Shown: in pieces, positions 1 through 12,284 of the stretch
How the letters are laid out: the number at the start of each line of letters is the position of its first letter
How positions within the stretch are numbered: position 1 is the stretch's first letter
DNA from: Felis catus
Lineage: Eukaryota
Assembly (NCBI RefSeq): GCF_018350175.1
Contig: NC_058368.1
Span: 55,616,001-55,680,000 of the forward strand
Reading direction: 5' to 3'
Length of the DNA stretch: 64,000 bases
The notes under the pieces: generated by a model
The model's database searches: none
Told to the model about the DNA's origin: nothing
The model's input: the letters and a program-made list of their open reading frames with translations, nothing else
Program-made: the position numbers and the translations under genes

Positions 1-282
1 GCCTCTAACTATCCTGCTATGAATCAAGAAACTAATACCCAGGAGTAATTCTTCTTTTCTCAACTGTCAGGAAAGATATCAGTTGATGGAACAATAGCTA
101 AAACATTCCCTGTCTATCTTTGAAACAGGTGAAACAACCCATGGTTTCCTTCATGTTTACTGCTGTGTTAATCTGTTCGAAAAAGCCCAGTTGCCTTGAT
201 AAGTAGATATTGTCTACCCATGTAAAAATTCACAAATACATGTAAAAAAAAAATACAGATCCTGTGAGAAGACAGTGCTTAC

Positions 283-463
283 TGTTTCCTCATGTGACAG
301 TACGTTTTGTAAACATTATTTCAGGCTAAATGCCACAATTTGCCTCACATAGATAACACAGGAAAGCACGTATAAATCATAAGTCCTACTAGATATTTTG
401 TAGTGTGCATTTGTTAGTGTTCATTTGAATCAAACAAGGGAGAAATATAAATTCCCTTTCTAT
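283..463 (-). pseudogene. Pseudo-exon, 181 nt, phase 1-2: RKGIYISPLFDSNEH*QMHTTKYLVGLMIYTCFPVLSM*GKLWHLA*NNVYKTYCHMRK
   Basis: tgtacag| acceptor and |gtaagc donor; phase matches the 1928-2041 segment. Confidence 0.4.
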
Positions 464-1560
464 CTGTACAGTAACACATTACCCTCCTAAAAGTATATGT
501 ATTTTAGCATGAAAGTACTATTTATTACATAGTTGAACCATATTTATTTAAAAATATTTCCCTGAATTTTTATCTTTTCTTTGTTCCACATTAGCCATTT
601 CAATAGTGGTATAGTTGGACACTATTTTAGTATAATAAGTGTTTACTCATCTTGATTTCTCGACGGTAAATGTTCAATTTTTGTTCTTTTCTGTCTTCCA
701 GAACAACAGTTAGCTAACATTTTGAAATGCACAATGTAGCAATCACATAGTTTAACATTTTCTAGCAGAAAGATCAAGTGACACACTGCTTATACTAAAT
801 ATATAGATTTCTTTCCTATGCTATTCAGCATGAAAACTCTTAAAAGTGGGATAAATGATAAGAACACTTCATTGTCAATTGGGAGAATTTTTCATGTCTT
901 TTAAATCACAGTGCTCCTTAATAATGGCACTGAATTTTAGAAGTTTTGTAATTAATTCTTATGTTACTGTCACCTAAGTGTTTCACCTTGTTCAAGATAA
1001 ATATTAATAGGAAATAAATTAGCTCTTTAAGTCTTTAGTCTGTAGGCATAATCTCTGTTTTAATTAAACAACAAGTACATATTAAAGGAATTAAATTATA
1101 TCAATTACAATTTGATATAATAAATATATATGTAAATAATATAAATATGTAAATAAATAAATATAAATGTAAGAAGATGAAATATGCAGATACTTAACTA
1201 AGTATCACAGTATAATACAATTGATCAGACAGGAAAATTGAAAGGTTTTTTTAAGTTTGCATTTTAATATTGACATCCTTTGTATTTATATACTGCATAT
1301 TAGCCATAATCTTTAAGTAGAAGGAAGTTATTTGTAATGGAACCTCCAATCTTGTTTTGTTAATACCTAAGCCATGGCCAGTGCTAATTGTTAAAAAAAA
1401 AATACAGGGTCTGTAAGTCTATGTGTTAGGCAATGAATCTGGAAACTTCTGGAAAATGCACTTGAATTCAAGAGGTTAGTCTGTAGTTCTGCCTCTGGCT
1501 TTAATAGGTATAAAATAAGAAAAAATGAATACTAGAGTGGCTAAGTACAAATGCTCAGTA

Positions 1561-1771
1561 CTTTACTTACTTTATTCATTTATTTAATTTCTGAGAGAGA
1601 ACACTGGTGCAGGGGAGAGACACAGAGAGAGGGTGACAGAGGATCCAAAGCGGGCTGTGTGCTGACAGCAGACAGACCCATGCAGGGCTTGAACTCTGAA
1701 CTCAGGAACCACAGGATCGTGACCTAAGCCAACGTCCAATGCTTAACTGACTGAGCCACCCAGGGGCACCC
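1561..1771 (-). mobile_element. Can-SINE (tRNA-derived), older copy
   Basis: Reverse-complement head (ctgagccacccagg), (GA)n tract, T-rich tail on plus. Confidence 0.9.
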
Positions 1772-1927
1772 CACCCCCTCCTCACTCTAATTTAAAATCA
1801 AAGTTCTGTGTAACAACTTGAAAGTTAGCTGTTGTGTGAAGCCCCAGCAGTCTGGAGACCTTGTTGTGAACATAAGAATAAGAAGCAGAAAGTACTTGCA
1901 TTCATCAAAGCCTAAACTTCTGCTAAC

Positions 1928-2041
1928 CTGAACATCTGTTCATTTTGAATCTGGCCTTCATTGGTGCTCATTCACTTCCTTTTGCTGGTAATCTAGCAAA
2001 AGTATTCCTCTCAGAATCATGCTCAGGAGCCTCAAGATCAG
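1928..2041 (-). pseudogene. Pseudo-exon, 114 nt, phase 1-1: DLEAPEHDSERNTFARLPAKGSE*APMKARFKMNRCS
   Basis: ctctacag| acceptor, cag|gttagc donor, one stop in 37 codons. Confidence 0.4.
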
Positions 2042-2649
2042 CTGTAGAGGGTCTTAAAAAGATTGATAGGCATCCTGAGCTCCTTAGAAATAGCCATAGA
2101 TATCTACTACCTACTTTCAGGTATCAATGACTGATTAGTAAAGGTTAGAATCACAATGGTCCATGGTTGACATAGAAACTAAATCCACCCTGGTTCTAAC
2201 AGAAGCTTTAACTTCTACTAATTACAGTTGTCTCTGTATTTTCTCCAAAGGCTCTAGCCAGTCACATTGTGTTATAGCTGTTATGAAATTGCTGTCACAG
2301 CACTTCTTTTTTTTTAATGTTATTGTCCAATTAGTTTCCATACAACACCCAGTGCTCATCATAGGTGCCCTCCTCAATGCCCTTCCCCACTTTCCCCTCC
2401 CTCCACCCCCCCCATCAACCCTCAGTTTATTCTCAGGTTTTAAGAGTCTCTTATGGTTTGGCTCTCTCCCTCTCTTTCTTTCTTTTTTCCTTCCATTCCC
2501 CCATGGTCTTCTGATAAATTTCTCAGGATACACATAAGAGTGAAAACATATGGTATCTGTCTTTCTCTGTATGGCTTATTTCACTTAGCCTCACACTCCA
2601 GTTCCATCCACATTGCTACAAAAGGCCATGTTTCATTCTTTCTCATTGC

Positions 2650-5600
2650 CAAGTAGTATTCCATCCATTCATCAGTTGATGGACATTTAGACTCTCTCCA
2701 TAATTTGGCTATTGTTGAAAGTGCTGCTATAAACATTGGGATACAAGTGCTCCTATGCATCAGTACTCCTGTATCCCTTGGTTCAATTCCTAGCAGTGCT
2801 ATTGCTGGGTCAAAGGGTAGGTCTATTTTTAATTTTTTGAGGAACCTCCACACTGTTTTCCAGAGTGGCTGCACCAGTTTGCATTCCCACCAACAGTGCA
2901 AGAGGCTTCCCGTTTCTCCACATCCTCTCCAATATCTCTAGTCTCCTGATTTGTTCACTCTGACTGGTGTGAGGTGGTATCTGAGTGTGGTTTTGATTTG
3001 TATTTCCCTGATGAGGAGCGACGTTGAGCATCTTTACATGTGCCTGTTGGCCATCTGGATGTCTTCTTTAGAGAAGTGTCTATTCATGTTTTCTGCCCAT
3101 TTCTTCACTGGATTATTTGCTTTTCGGGTGTGAGGTTTGGTGAGCTCTTTATAGATTTTGGATACTAGCCCTTTGATACGCCCTTTGCAAGTATCTTTTC
3201 GCATTCCGTTGGTTGCCTTTTTGTTTTATTGATTGTTTCCTTTGCAGTGCAGAAACTTTTTATCTTCATGAGGTCCCAATAGTTCATTTTTGCTTTTAAT
3301 TCCCTTGCCTTTGGAGGTGTGTCAAGTAAGAAATTGTTGTGGCTGAGGTCAGAGAGGTTTTTCCCTGCTTTCTCCTCTAGGGTTTTGATGGTTTTCTGTC
3401 TCACATTAAGGTCCTTTATCCATTTTGAGTTTATTTTTGTGAATGGTGTAAGAGGTCTAGTTTCATCCTTCTGCATGTTGCTGTCCAGTTCTCCCAGGAC
3501 CACTTGTTAAAGAGGCTGTCTTTTTTCCATTGGATATTCTTTCCTGCTTTGTCAAAGATGAGTTGGCCATACGTTTGTGGGTCTAATTCTGGAGTCTCTA
3601 TTCAATTCCATTGGCCTATGTGTCTGTTTTTGTGCCAATACCATGCTGTCTTGATGATGACAGCTTTGTAGTAGAGGCTAAAGTCTGGGATTGGGATGTC
3701 TCCTGCTTTGGTCTTCTTCTTGGATATTACTTTTGCTATTCGGGGTCTTTTGTGGTTCCATACAAATTTTAGGATTGCTTGTTCTAGCTTTGAGAAGAAT
3801 GCTGGTGCAATTTTGATTGGGATTGCATTGAATGTGTAGATTGCTTTGGGTAGTATTGGCATTTCAACAATATTTATTCTTGCAGTCCATGAGCACAGAA
3901 TGTTTTTCCATTTCTTTGTGTCTTCTTCAATTTCCTCCATAAGCTTTCTATAGTTTTCAGCATACAGATCTTTTACATCTTTGGTTAGGTTTATTCCTAG
4001 GTATTTTATGGTGCTTGGTGCAGTTGTGGATGGGACCAGTTTCTTTATTTGTCTTTCTGTTGCTTCATTATTAGTGTATAAGAATGCAACTGATTTCTGT
4101 ACACATTGATTTTGTATCCTGCGACTTTGTTGAATTCATGTATCAGTTCTAGGCTTTTGATGGAGTCTATCAGGTTTTCCATGTATAATATCATGTCATC
4201 TGCAAAAAGTGAAAGCTTGACCTCGTCTTTGCCAATTTTGATGCCTTTGATTTCCTTTTGTTGTCTGATTGTTATGCTAGCACTTCCAACACTATGTTAA
4301 ACAACAGCAGTGAGAGTGGGCATCCCTGTCATGTTCCTGATATCAGGGAGAAAGCTCTCAGTTTTTCCCCTTTGAGGATGATATTAGCTGTGGGCTTTTC
4401 ATAAATGGCTTTTATGATGTTTAAGTATGTTCCTTCTATCCCGGCTTCTTGAGGGTTTTTACTAAGAAAGAATGCTGAATTTTGTCAAATGCTTTTTCTT
4501 ATCGATTGACAGGATATATGGTTCTTATCTTTTCTTTTATTAATGTGATGTATCACGTTGATTGATTTGCAAATGTTGAACCAGCCCTGCATCCCAGGAA
4601 TGAATCCCACTTGATCATGGTGAATAATTCTTTTTATATGCTGTTGAATTTGTTTTGTTAGTATCTTGCTGAGGATTTTTGCATCCATATTCATCAGGGA
4701 TATTGGCCTGTAGTTCTCTTTTTTGCTGGGTCTCTGTCTGGTTTAGGAATCAAAGTAATGCTGGCTTCATAGAATGAGTCTGGAAGTTTTCCTTCCCTTT
4801 CTATTTTTTTGGAACAGCTTGAGAAGGATTGGTATTATCTCTGCTTTATATGTCTGGTAGAATTCCCCAGGGAGTCCTGGACTCTTATTTGTTGGGACAT
4901 TTTTGATAACTATTTCAATTACCTCGCTGGTTATGGGTCTCTTCAGATTTTCTGTTTCTTCCCATTTGAGTTTTGGAAGCTTGTGGGTATTTAGGAATTT
5001 GTCCACTTCTTTCAGGTTGTCCAGTTTGTTGCCATATAATTTTTCATAGTATTCCCTGATAATTGTTTGTATTTCTGATGGATTGGTTGTAATAATTCCA
5101 TTTTCATTCATGATTTTATCTATTTGGGTCTTCTCCCTTTTCTTTTTGAGAAGCCTGGCCAGAGGTTTATCAATTTTGTTTAATTTTTCAAAAAAACAAC
5201 TCTTGGTTTCATTGATCTGCTCTACAGTTTTTTTAGATTCTATATTGTTTATTTCTGCTCTGATCTTTATTATTTCTCTTCCTCTGCTGGGTTTGGGCTG
5301 CCTTTGCTGTTCTGCTTCTATTTCCTTTAGGCGTGCTGTTAGATTTTGTATTTGGAATTTTTCCTGTTTCTTGAGATAGGCCTGGATTGCAATGTATTTT
5401 CCTCTCAGGACTGCCTTCGCTGCATCCCAAAGCATTTGGATTGTTGTATTTTCATTTTCATTAGTTTCCATATATTTTTTTCAACGTTTTTTTAATTTAT
5501 TTTTGGGACAGAGAGAGACAGAGCATGAACGGGGAGGGGCAGAGAGAGAGGGAGACACAGAATCAGAAACAGGCTCCAGGCTCTGAGCCATCAGCACAGA

Positions 5601-6515
5601 GCCCGACGCAGGGCTCGAACTCACGGACCGCGAGATGGTGACCTGGCTGAAGTCGGACGCTTAACCGACTGCACCACCCAGGTGCCCCTCCATATATTTT
5701 TTAATTTCTTGTCTAATTGCCTGGTTGACCCATTCATTCTTTAGTAGGGTGTTCTTTAACCTCCATGCTTTTGGAGGTTTTCCAGACTTTTTCTTGTGGT
5801 TGATTTCAAGCTTCATCGCATTGTGGTCTGAAAGTGTGCTTTTTATGATCTGAATTCTTTTATACTTATGAAGGGCTGTTTTGTGACCCAGTATATGATC
5901 TATCTTGGAGAATGTTCCATGTGCACTTGAGAAGAAAGTATATTCTGTTGCTTTTGGATGCGGAGTTCTAAATATATCTGTCAAGTCCATCTGATCCAGT
6001 ATATCATTCAGGACCCTTGTTTCTTTATTGATCCTATGTATAGATGATTTATTCATTTCTGTAAGCGGGGTATTCAAGTTCACTGTAATTACCACATTCT
6101 TATCAATAAGGTTGCTTATGTTTGTGATTAATTGCTTTATATATTTGGGGGCTCCTGTATTTGGTGCATAGACATTTATAATTGTTAGCTTTTCCTGATG
6201 GATAGACCCTGTAATTATTGTACAATGCCTTTCTTCATCTCTTGTTACAGCCTTTAATTTAAAGTCTAGTTTGTCTGATGTAAGTATGGCTACTCCAGCT
6301 TTCTTTTGACTTCCAGTAGCATGATAGATTTTTCTCCATCTCCTCACTTACAATCTAAAGGTGTCTTCAGGTCCAAAATGAGTCTCTTGTAGACAGCAAA
6401 TAGGTGGGTCTTGGTTTTTTAATCCATTCTGATACTCTGTGTCTTTCGGTTGGAGCATTTACTCCATTTACATTCAGTGTTATTATTGAAAGATACGGGT
6501 TTAGAGTCACTGTGA
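2650..6515 (-). pseudogene. L1 ORF2 (endonuclease/reverse transcriptase), broken by frameshifts and a SINE
   Basis: [43 protein letters not shown] and [14 protein letters not shown] motifs spread over several frames. Confidence 0.95.
5481..5688 (-). mobile_element. Young SINEC_Fc-type SINE inserted in L1 ORF2
   Basis: CpG-retaining body; TSD tccatatatttttt at 5467-5480 and 5689-5702. Confidence 0.95.
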
Positions 6516-6579
6516 TGTGTGTAGGTTTCATGCTTGTAGTGATGTCTCTGGTACTTTGTGGTCCTTGCAACATTTCACT

Positions 6580-7465
6580 CACAGAATCCCCCCTCAGAAT
6601 ATCTTGTAGGGCTGTTTTAGTGGTGATGAATTCCTTCAGTTTTTGTTTGGGAGAACCTTTAGCTTTCATTCTATTCTGAATGACAGACTTGCTGGATAAA
6701 GGATTCTCGGCTGCACATTTTTTCTGTTCATCACATTAAAGATTTCCTGCCATTCCTTTCTGGCCTGCCAAGTTTCAGTAGATAGGTCTGCCACTAGTCT
6801 TATGGGTCTACCTTTCTAAGTTAGAACCTGTTTATCCCTAACTGCTTTCAGAATTTTCTCTTTATCCTTGTATTTTGCCAGTTTCCCTATGATATGTTGT
6901 GCAGAAGATTGATTCAAGTTAGGTCTGAAAGGAGTTCTCTGTGCCTCTTGGATTTCAGTGCCTTTTTCATTCCCCAGATCAGGAAGTTCTCAGCTATGAT
7001 TTGTTCAAATACACCTTCAGCCCCTTTATCTGTCTCTTCTGGAATTCCTAGGATACAGATATTGTTCCATTTGATTGCATTACTTAGTTCTCTAAGTCTG
7101 CCCTCATACTCCTGGATTTTTTTGGCTCTCTTTTTTTCAGCTTCCTCTTTTTCCATAATTTTATCTTCTAATTTACCTACTCTTGCCTCTGCCTCTTCAA
7201 TCCGTGCTATGGCTGCCTCCATTTTATTTTGCATCTCATTTATAGTATTTTTTTTAGCTCCTCATGACTATTTATTAGTCCCTTGATCTCTGTAGCAATA
7301 GATTCTCTTCTGTCCTCTATGCTTTTTTTCAAATCCAGTGATTAATTTTATGACTATTATTCTAAATTCTTGTTCCGTTATATTGCTTAAATTGTTTTTG
7401 CTAAATTTGTTAGCTGTTGATACTTCCTGGAGTTTCTTTTGAGGAGAATTCTTCTGTCTCGCCAT
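6580..7465 (-). pseudogene. L1 ORF1 remnant
   Basis: MARQKNSPQKK start, coiled-coil IEEAEARVGKLEDK, ILGIPEE, QKLKEFITTK; frameshifted. Confidence 0.93.
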
Positions 7466-8394
7466 TTTGGGTAGTCCCTGGGGTGACCCCAAACTACAGG
7501 GCACTTCCCCGGTGCTGTCTGGAGGAACTTGTGCTGGTGGGCAGGGCTGCAGTCAGACCTGATGTCTGCCCCAGCCCACCGCTAGGGCCACAGTCAGAGT
7601 GGTGTGTACCTTATCTTCCCCTCTTCCAGGGGCAGGACTCACTGTGGAGTGGTGTGGCCCCTGTCTGGGCTACTTGCACACTGACAGGCTTGTGGTGCTG
7701 CTTCGATGGGATCTGGTGTGTTAGTTGGGGTGGATCCGCAAGGTGCACAGGGGCGGAGGGGCAGGCTTAGCTCGCTTTGCTGTTGGTGGTCCCCTGCATG
7801 AGGGGCTCTGTAGCAGTGGGAGGGAGGCAGACCTGTCGGAGGGATGGATCCACAGAAGCACAGCATTGGGCGTTTGCCTGTTGGGTGCAAGCAAGTTCAG
7901 TGACGGGAACTCGTTCCCTTGGAATTTTGGCTGGGGGATGGGAGAGGAAGATGGCACTTGCCAGTGCCTTTGTTCCCCTGCTGAGCTGAGCTCTGTCTTC
8001 GTGGGTTCAACAACTCTCCCTCCTGGTGTCCTCTCACCCTCCCTGCTCTCCGAGAGCAGAGCTGTTGGCTTTTAACATTCCAGATGTTAAGTCCCACTGG
8101 CTGTCAGAACTCAAGCAGTCAGACCCCTCTGGTTTTGCAAGCCAGACTCGGGGGGGGGGCTCTGCTTTGCTGGGCGGGCTGCCCCTCCACTGCCCTGGCT
8201 CCCTCCCGCCAGTCTGTGTAGCACACACCGCCTCCCTGCCCTTCATACCCTCTTGTCTATGCTTGGCTCCAGAGAGTCCGTTCAGCTAGTCTTCCATGGT
8301 TTTCTGGGTTATTTAGGCAGATGTGGGTGGAATCTAAGCAATCAGCAGGATGCAGTGAGCCCAGCGTCCTCCTACACCACCGTCTTCCCCTCTC

Positions 8395-8655
8395 CTGTCA
8401 AAGCCCTTCTTACATGCCTTCCAATACTGTGAGAAATAAATGTGGGTATTAGGTAAGAATCAAATTCTGGTTTTGATGGTATCTGATGATAGGAACCACA
8501 ACTTAGATATACAGCTGAAATCAGGCTTTCAACTATTTTCTCATGCTTAGATTTTGAAATCCTTTGTGTTCCAGAACTAATGACTCATATCCAGCCTACT
8601 GCAAGGCTATTACTCCCAATGCAAGAGACTTTTCTTAATTCATCTTTATTATGAC
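8395..8655 (-). pseudogene. Pseudo-exon abutting the L1 5' end: HNKDELRKVSCIGSNSLAVGWI*VISSGTQRISKSKHEKIVESLISAVYLSCGSYHQIPSKPEFDSYLIPTFISHSIGRH
   Basis: ctctttccatag| acceptor, phase-1 start matching 10047, one stop in about 85 codons; possible donor cat|gtaaga at 8413. Confidence 0.5.
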
Positions 8656-8944
8656 CTATGGAAAGAGTAATTAAGTATTTATCAAAGAGAAGGAGATATG
8701 AAGGATGCACATGCATGTTTTAATCTCAATTATCAGATAAAGTTACTATGATTGATTGGTGGTGAACACATGGGGCAGGAGTGCAGGGAAAGTTGAAGTG
8801 GTCATCTTTCCCCAAAATTTCTGGAAGTGCTTAAGTAGTTGTTTTATACAAATCAAACTGAAAATACTGAGGATCAAAAACAATGAAAACTTTCTTATGT
8901 GCATTTGGTGATGCAGAAGCATTAAATTGTAAATATATACTACT

Positions 8945-9156
8945 TTTTTTTTTCAACATTTATTTATTTTTGGGACAGAGAGAGACAGAGCATGAACGGG
9001 GGAGGGGCAGAGAGAGAGGGAGACACAGAATCGGAAACAGGCTCCAGGCTCTGAACCATCAGCCCAGAGCCCGACACGGGGCTCGAACTCACGGACCGCG
9101 AGATCGTGACCTGGCTGAAGTCGGATGCTTAACCGACTGCGCCACCCAGGCGCCCC
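8945..9156 (-). mobile_element. Young SINEC_Fc-type SINE
   Basis: Near-consensus body ending gccacccaggcgcccc; short TSD tatac(t)actt. Confidence 0.95.
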
Positions 9157-9229
9157 TATACACTTCTAAAATAAGGAAAATAACTCTGAAATAAAAATAA
9201 TAAATACAATGAAATTGATAGTTGGGAAA

Positions 9230-9830
9230 AGCATATTTTCAAGAAATCTTATGTAATGATCTGCATAGAAAAATTATTTTAAAGTTTTGGAAAACAAATT
9301 TAAGGATAAAATTTGAATAATTTCTTAATGACATATACTTAGAAAACTAAAGAGAAATGAAAAATACATCTATTCTTATAAAAAGCCATTTTTGTCAGGT
9401 AATCATAAAAATTTAGAGTATACCTATATACAAATTATAGTAATAAAAAGAGATCCTGCTTCAATAGCAATAAAATATACTAACAAGAAATACACCTAAT
9501 AAGTGGTTTATAGACAAATGTGAAAAATAAGGGAACACATTAATAAGTAAGCACGTTAACCTTAAAAACTATTAAGTTATGGAAAGAAACATTTGAGTTA
9601 GTAGAAAGTCATATGATGTCAATAGATAGGATAACTTCATAATATCAGTTATTTGTAAATCATTCTATGAATTAAATGTGATCTCACTCAAAATAATAAC
9701 TTAGAGAGTGGGTAAAGATAGCCAGTCCTACTTTTACACATTTTTAAATGCAGATTTTCTGAAAATATAAGCTTGTAAAAATAGCTAAGAGCACTCTAGA
9801 AAGGAATAAAAATAATAGGACTATGTACAA
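9230..9830 (+). mobile_element. Highly degraded old L1 ORF2 fragment
   Basis: A-rich sequence with weak resemblance to the L1 ORF2 post-RT region. Confidence 0.4.
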
Positions 9831-10046
9831 GGTGAAAGCATTCTAGGATTTCTTCCAAATTTAAGTTCTATAAAGAAGCATCATCTAAGGATCCCCCTGG
9901 CTGTATGTCTATCTCAGTATCCTCCCATCTCTACTGAGAAATGTGTTAGATCTAAACAAAGCCAGTGTCTTATGGCAATAATTCACAGGCCTAATGTTTT
10001 CTGATTTTTAAAATTTGAACATTAAGTAAAGGGTTAAGAATCATAC

Positions 10047-10348
10047 CTCATGATTCTGGAATTTAGAAAAATCAATATACAGAAAATTCTGATGATTGTA
10101 GGATTCTTTGGACTTATTTAAAAGTTGAGGTTGGCATGTATCCAACTCTGTCATTTTAGTCAGCGTTTTCCTGAAGGATTCCCTCAATTTTCATGTGGGC
10201 AGTATGTGAGCAATATTGCCAAACTGAAAGGGGTAAAACCTGTGTTTATGCTAACTTGACCTCAAAGGTGTGCTCCCTGAAGTTATATGGTAAGGTGGCC
10301 CCGTAAGACAGTTTATTGTCCAATTTTCCAACCAAAGCAAAGAATGTT
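10047..10348 (-). pseudogene. Pseudo-exon, 302 nt, phase 2-1: TFFALVGKLDNKLSYGATLPYNFREHTFEVKLA*TQVLPLSVWQYCSHTAHMKIEGILQENAD*...
   Basis: atccag| acceptor, gag|gtatga donor; continues the frame of 10426-10561 across a 77-bp intron; more stops near the 3' end. Confidence 0.5.
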
Positions 10349-10365
10349 CTGGATTTAAGTACATT

Positions 10366-10366
<1 letters not shown>

Positions 10367-10420
<54 letters not shown>
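10367..10420. repeat. (CA)n microsatellite
   Basis: Uninterrupted CA run. Confidence 0.99.
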
Positions 10421-10424
<4 letters not shown>

Positions 10425-10425
10425 C

Positions 10426-10561
10426 CTTTTTGAGTAATATGTTGGTTTGTCCTGCAATTTAACATTTTGGACTTTAAAGTCAAAGAGTGATGAATTGTTA
10501 ATAATACAAGAAATTGTTTGGTACGAGAACTTGGTGGTGATCTACAAAAGTGCCCTGGCAC
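10426..10561 (-). pseudogene. Pseudo-exon, 136 nt, phase 1-2: ARALL*ITTKFSYQTISCIINNSSLFDFKVQNVKLQDKPTYYSK
   Basis: atatag| acceptor, aag|gtacat donor, one stop in 44 codons. Confidence 0.5.
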
Positions 10562-11185
10562 CTATATAATTTTATGTGTTATTACTTGTGAGTAATATTT
10601 GTGTAAATAACCTGGCTGAATTAAAATAAGAATTCTCTTCCTTTAGAGGGAATGTTAAGAACAAATAACTCTATTGCTTGAGTATACATATGCATATATA
10701 TATGTAAGCCCTGCAGTGAAAAGAACTCTTCCTGGTACTCAAGAGCAGCTCTTCCTCAGTTTGTTGTCTTAATGAGATGACTGTTTAAATATGATGCATA
10801 CCATCTAAACAAGTCTCTCTCTCACACTTGTGTCTCTGATTTTTTTAAAGTAGACTTTACTGTCAAGTCACGAAAAGATACAGGAAGCTAACTCACTTTC
10901 CTGTTTGACAGCAGTATGATTCTTAATATCAGGGTCCAGCTACATAAGGAGATAACAAAGATGCCAGAATGGAGTACAAGAAAGGGTTTTACTGGTAGCA
11001 AGAAAATTCCATTGTTTACTTATATCCGAATGTGAACATATATTAAGCTCAATGTTGCAATTTTAATATTGTAATCTTATTCTGAAATTACAACTGGAGT
11101 CTTAACATTTAATTTATATCCTTTGCATTTTTTACTTTTATTTCTTAACTCAGGAGCAAAGACTAAGATGAAAATTTTAAATTAC

Positions 11186-11579
11186 TTTTCCCGAGGAATC
11201 TCAGATAAATTTCAGCAAGCATTGAATGAACAAAAGTGGCATGATGGAATAGAAATAAGTCTTTGACTGTCAGCAGATATTTAAATAACATGAATGCCAT
11301 CTAGTTATAATGGATTCCTTTAAAATTGATGATACTTAGAGAACAAAAGGAATCAGTCCAGAGTCACTTATTGAAAAAAAACTGCAGAGTATAATAGTTG
11401 ACATGAAAATGACTGTTCAAGACTTTCTGCACAAAAACTCCTGGGTGAAGACTCTCAGAATGACTCCCAGAAATATAGAACCAACTGCTTTTCGATAAAA
11501 CTACTACATGTATGATCACCTGGAGAGACTAAAGTATCAATGTAAAACTTCCACTGTGAGTGGCCTTAATATTAAAAGC
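11186..11579 (-). pseudogene. Pseudo-exon, 394 nt, phase 0-1: AFNIKATHSGSFTLIL*SLQVIIHVVVLSKSSWFYISGSHSESLHPGVFVQKVLNSHF...EIYLRFLGK
   Basis: Long polypyrimidine acceptor (ccatttttcag|), |gtaatt donor, 3 stops in 131 codons. Confidence 0.55.
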
Positions 11580-11699
11580 CTGAAAAATGGAAAAAGGGGG
11601 CAGAAGAGTGAAGGTTATATTTAAAAAGTTTTTTTTTAATCAGCCTACAATATATGTCTTTTTTCTTAATTACTAATCTGTGATTCAGTCATGTCTTTA

Positions 11700-11990
11700 A
11701 TTATTTACTTAATGAATAGTGTTTATTGAGCACATATCATTCATTGCTAGCCTGTATGCAAGTTACAGGCATTACAAAGATAAGTATGATATGCTTTCCG
11801 CTTCCAGGAGTCCTCAGTCAGTGGGAGACAGACTATTTACATCAATAAATATATATCATATAATAGCAGATATAAAAGACAAGTGATCTGTGAAATCACA
11901 GGAGAAACAACTTAGTATAGCCAGGATGACCAGGTAAAGTAACACAGAGGAGAAAGTATTTAATCTGGATTTTGAAGAAAAGAATAATAG
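11700..11990 (-). mobile_element. L2 3' fragment
   Basis: tgtttattgagcac motif followed by L2-like body. Confidence 0.55.
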
Positions 11991-12284
11991 AACTTGATTA
12001 TAGAAGTACTAATAACATGGTCAGAAGAAAGGAAATGACATATAATTTCAGTGTAATTGGCTTAATATTATGAATAGAATTAGAAGCTATCTTGGACTAA
12101 ACAGAAAGCTAAAAATACTATTTGCAAACAGTGTGCTGGAAAGAATTGTGTCATTCCTACTGTTAATACTTGAAATTATTAATACCTATAATAATATCTG
12201 GCACAATACAATACTGAAGGTATTTGTGGAGTTGGACTGAATACAATCCTAGTAAGTCAAATTGAATTTACTTGGTTTTTTAAA

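Larger units (their letters stand above)
2308..8394 (-). mobile_element. Full-length but inactive carnivore/felid LINE-1
   Basis: 5'UTR ~7466-8394, ORF1 and ORF2 fragments, 3'UTR and polyA; TSD ctgtcacagcacttct (2292-2307) / ctgtcaaagcccttct (8395-8410). Confidence 0.97.

Noticed and set aside
680..702. Plus-strand acceptor-like tract ttttctgtcttccag
   Set aside because: Isolated; no open frame or donor follows.
7417..8289. Many overlapping 60-170 aa ORFs in L1 5'UTRs (also 31049-32977)
   Set aside because: They follow from GC-rich, stop-poor UTR sequence and are not conserved between the three UTR copies.
8883..9194. Recurring peptides such as GQRETEHERGRGRERGRHR or SLEPVSDSVSPSLS
   Set aside because: Translations of Can-SINE bodies, not genes.
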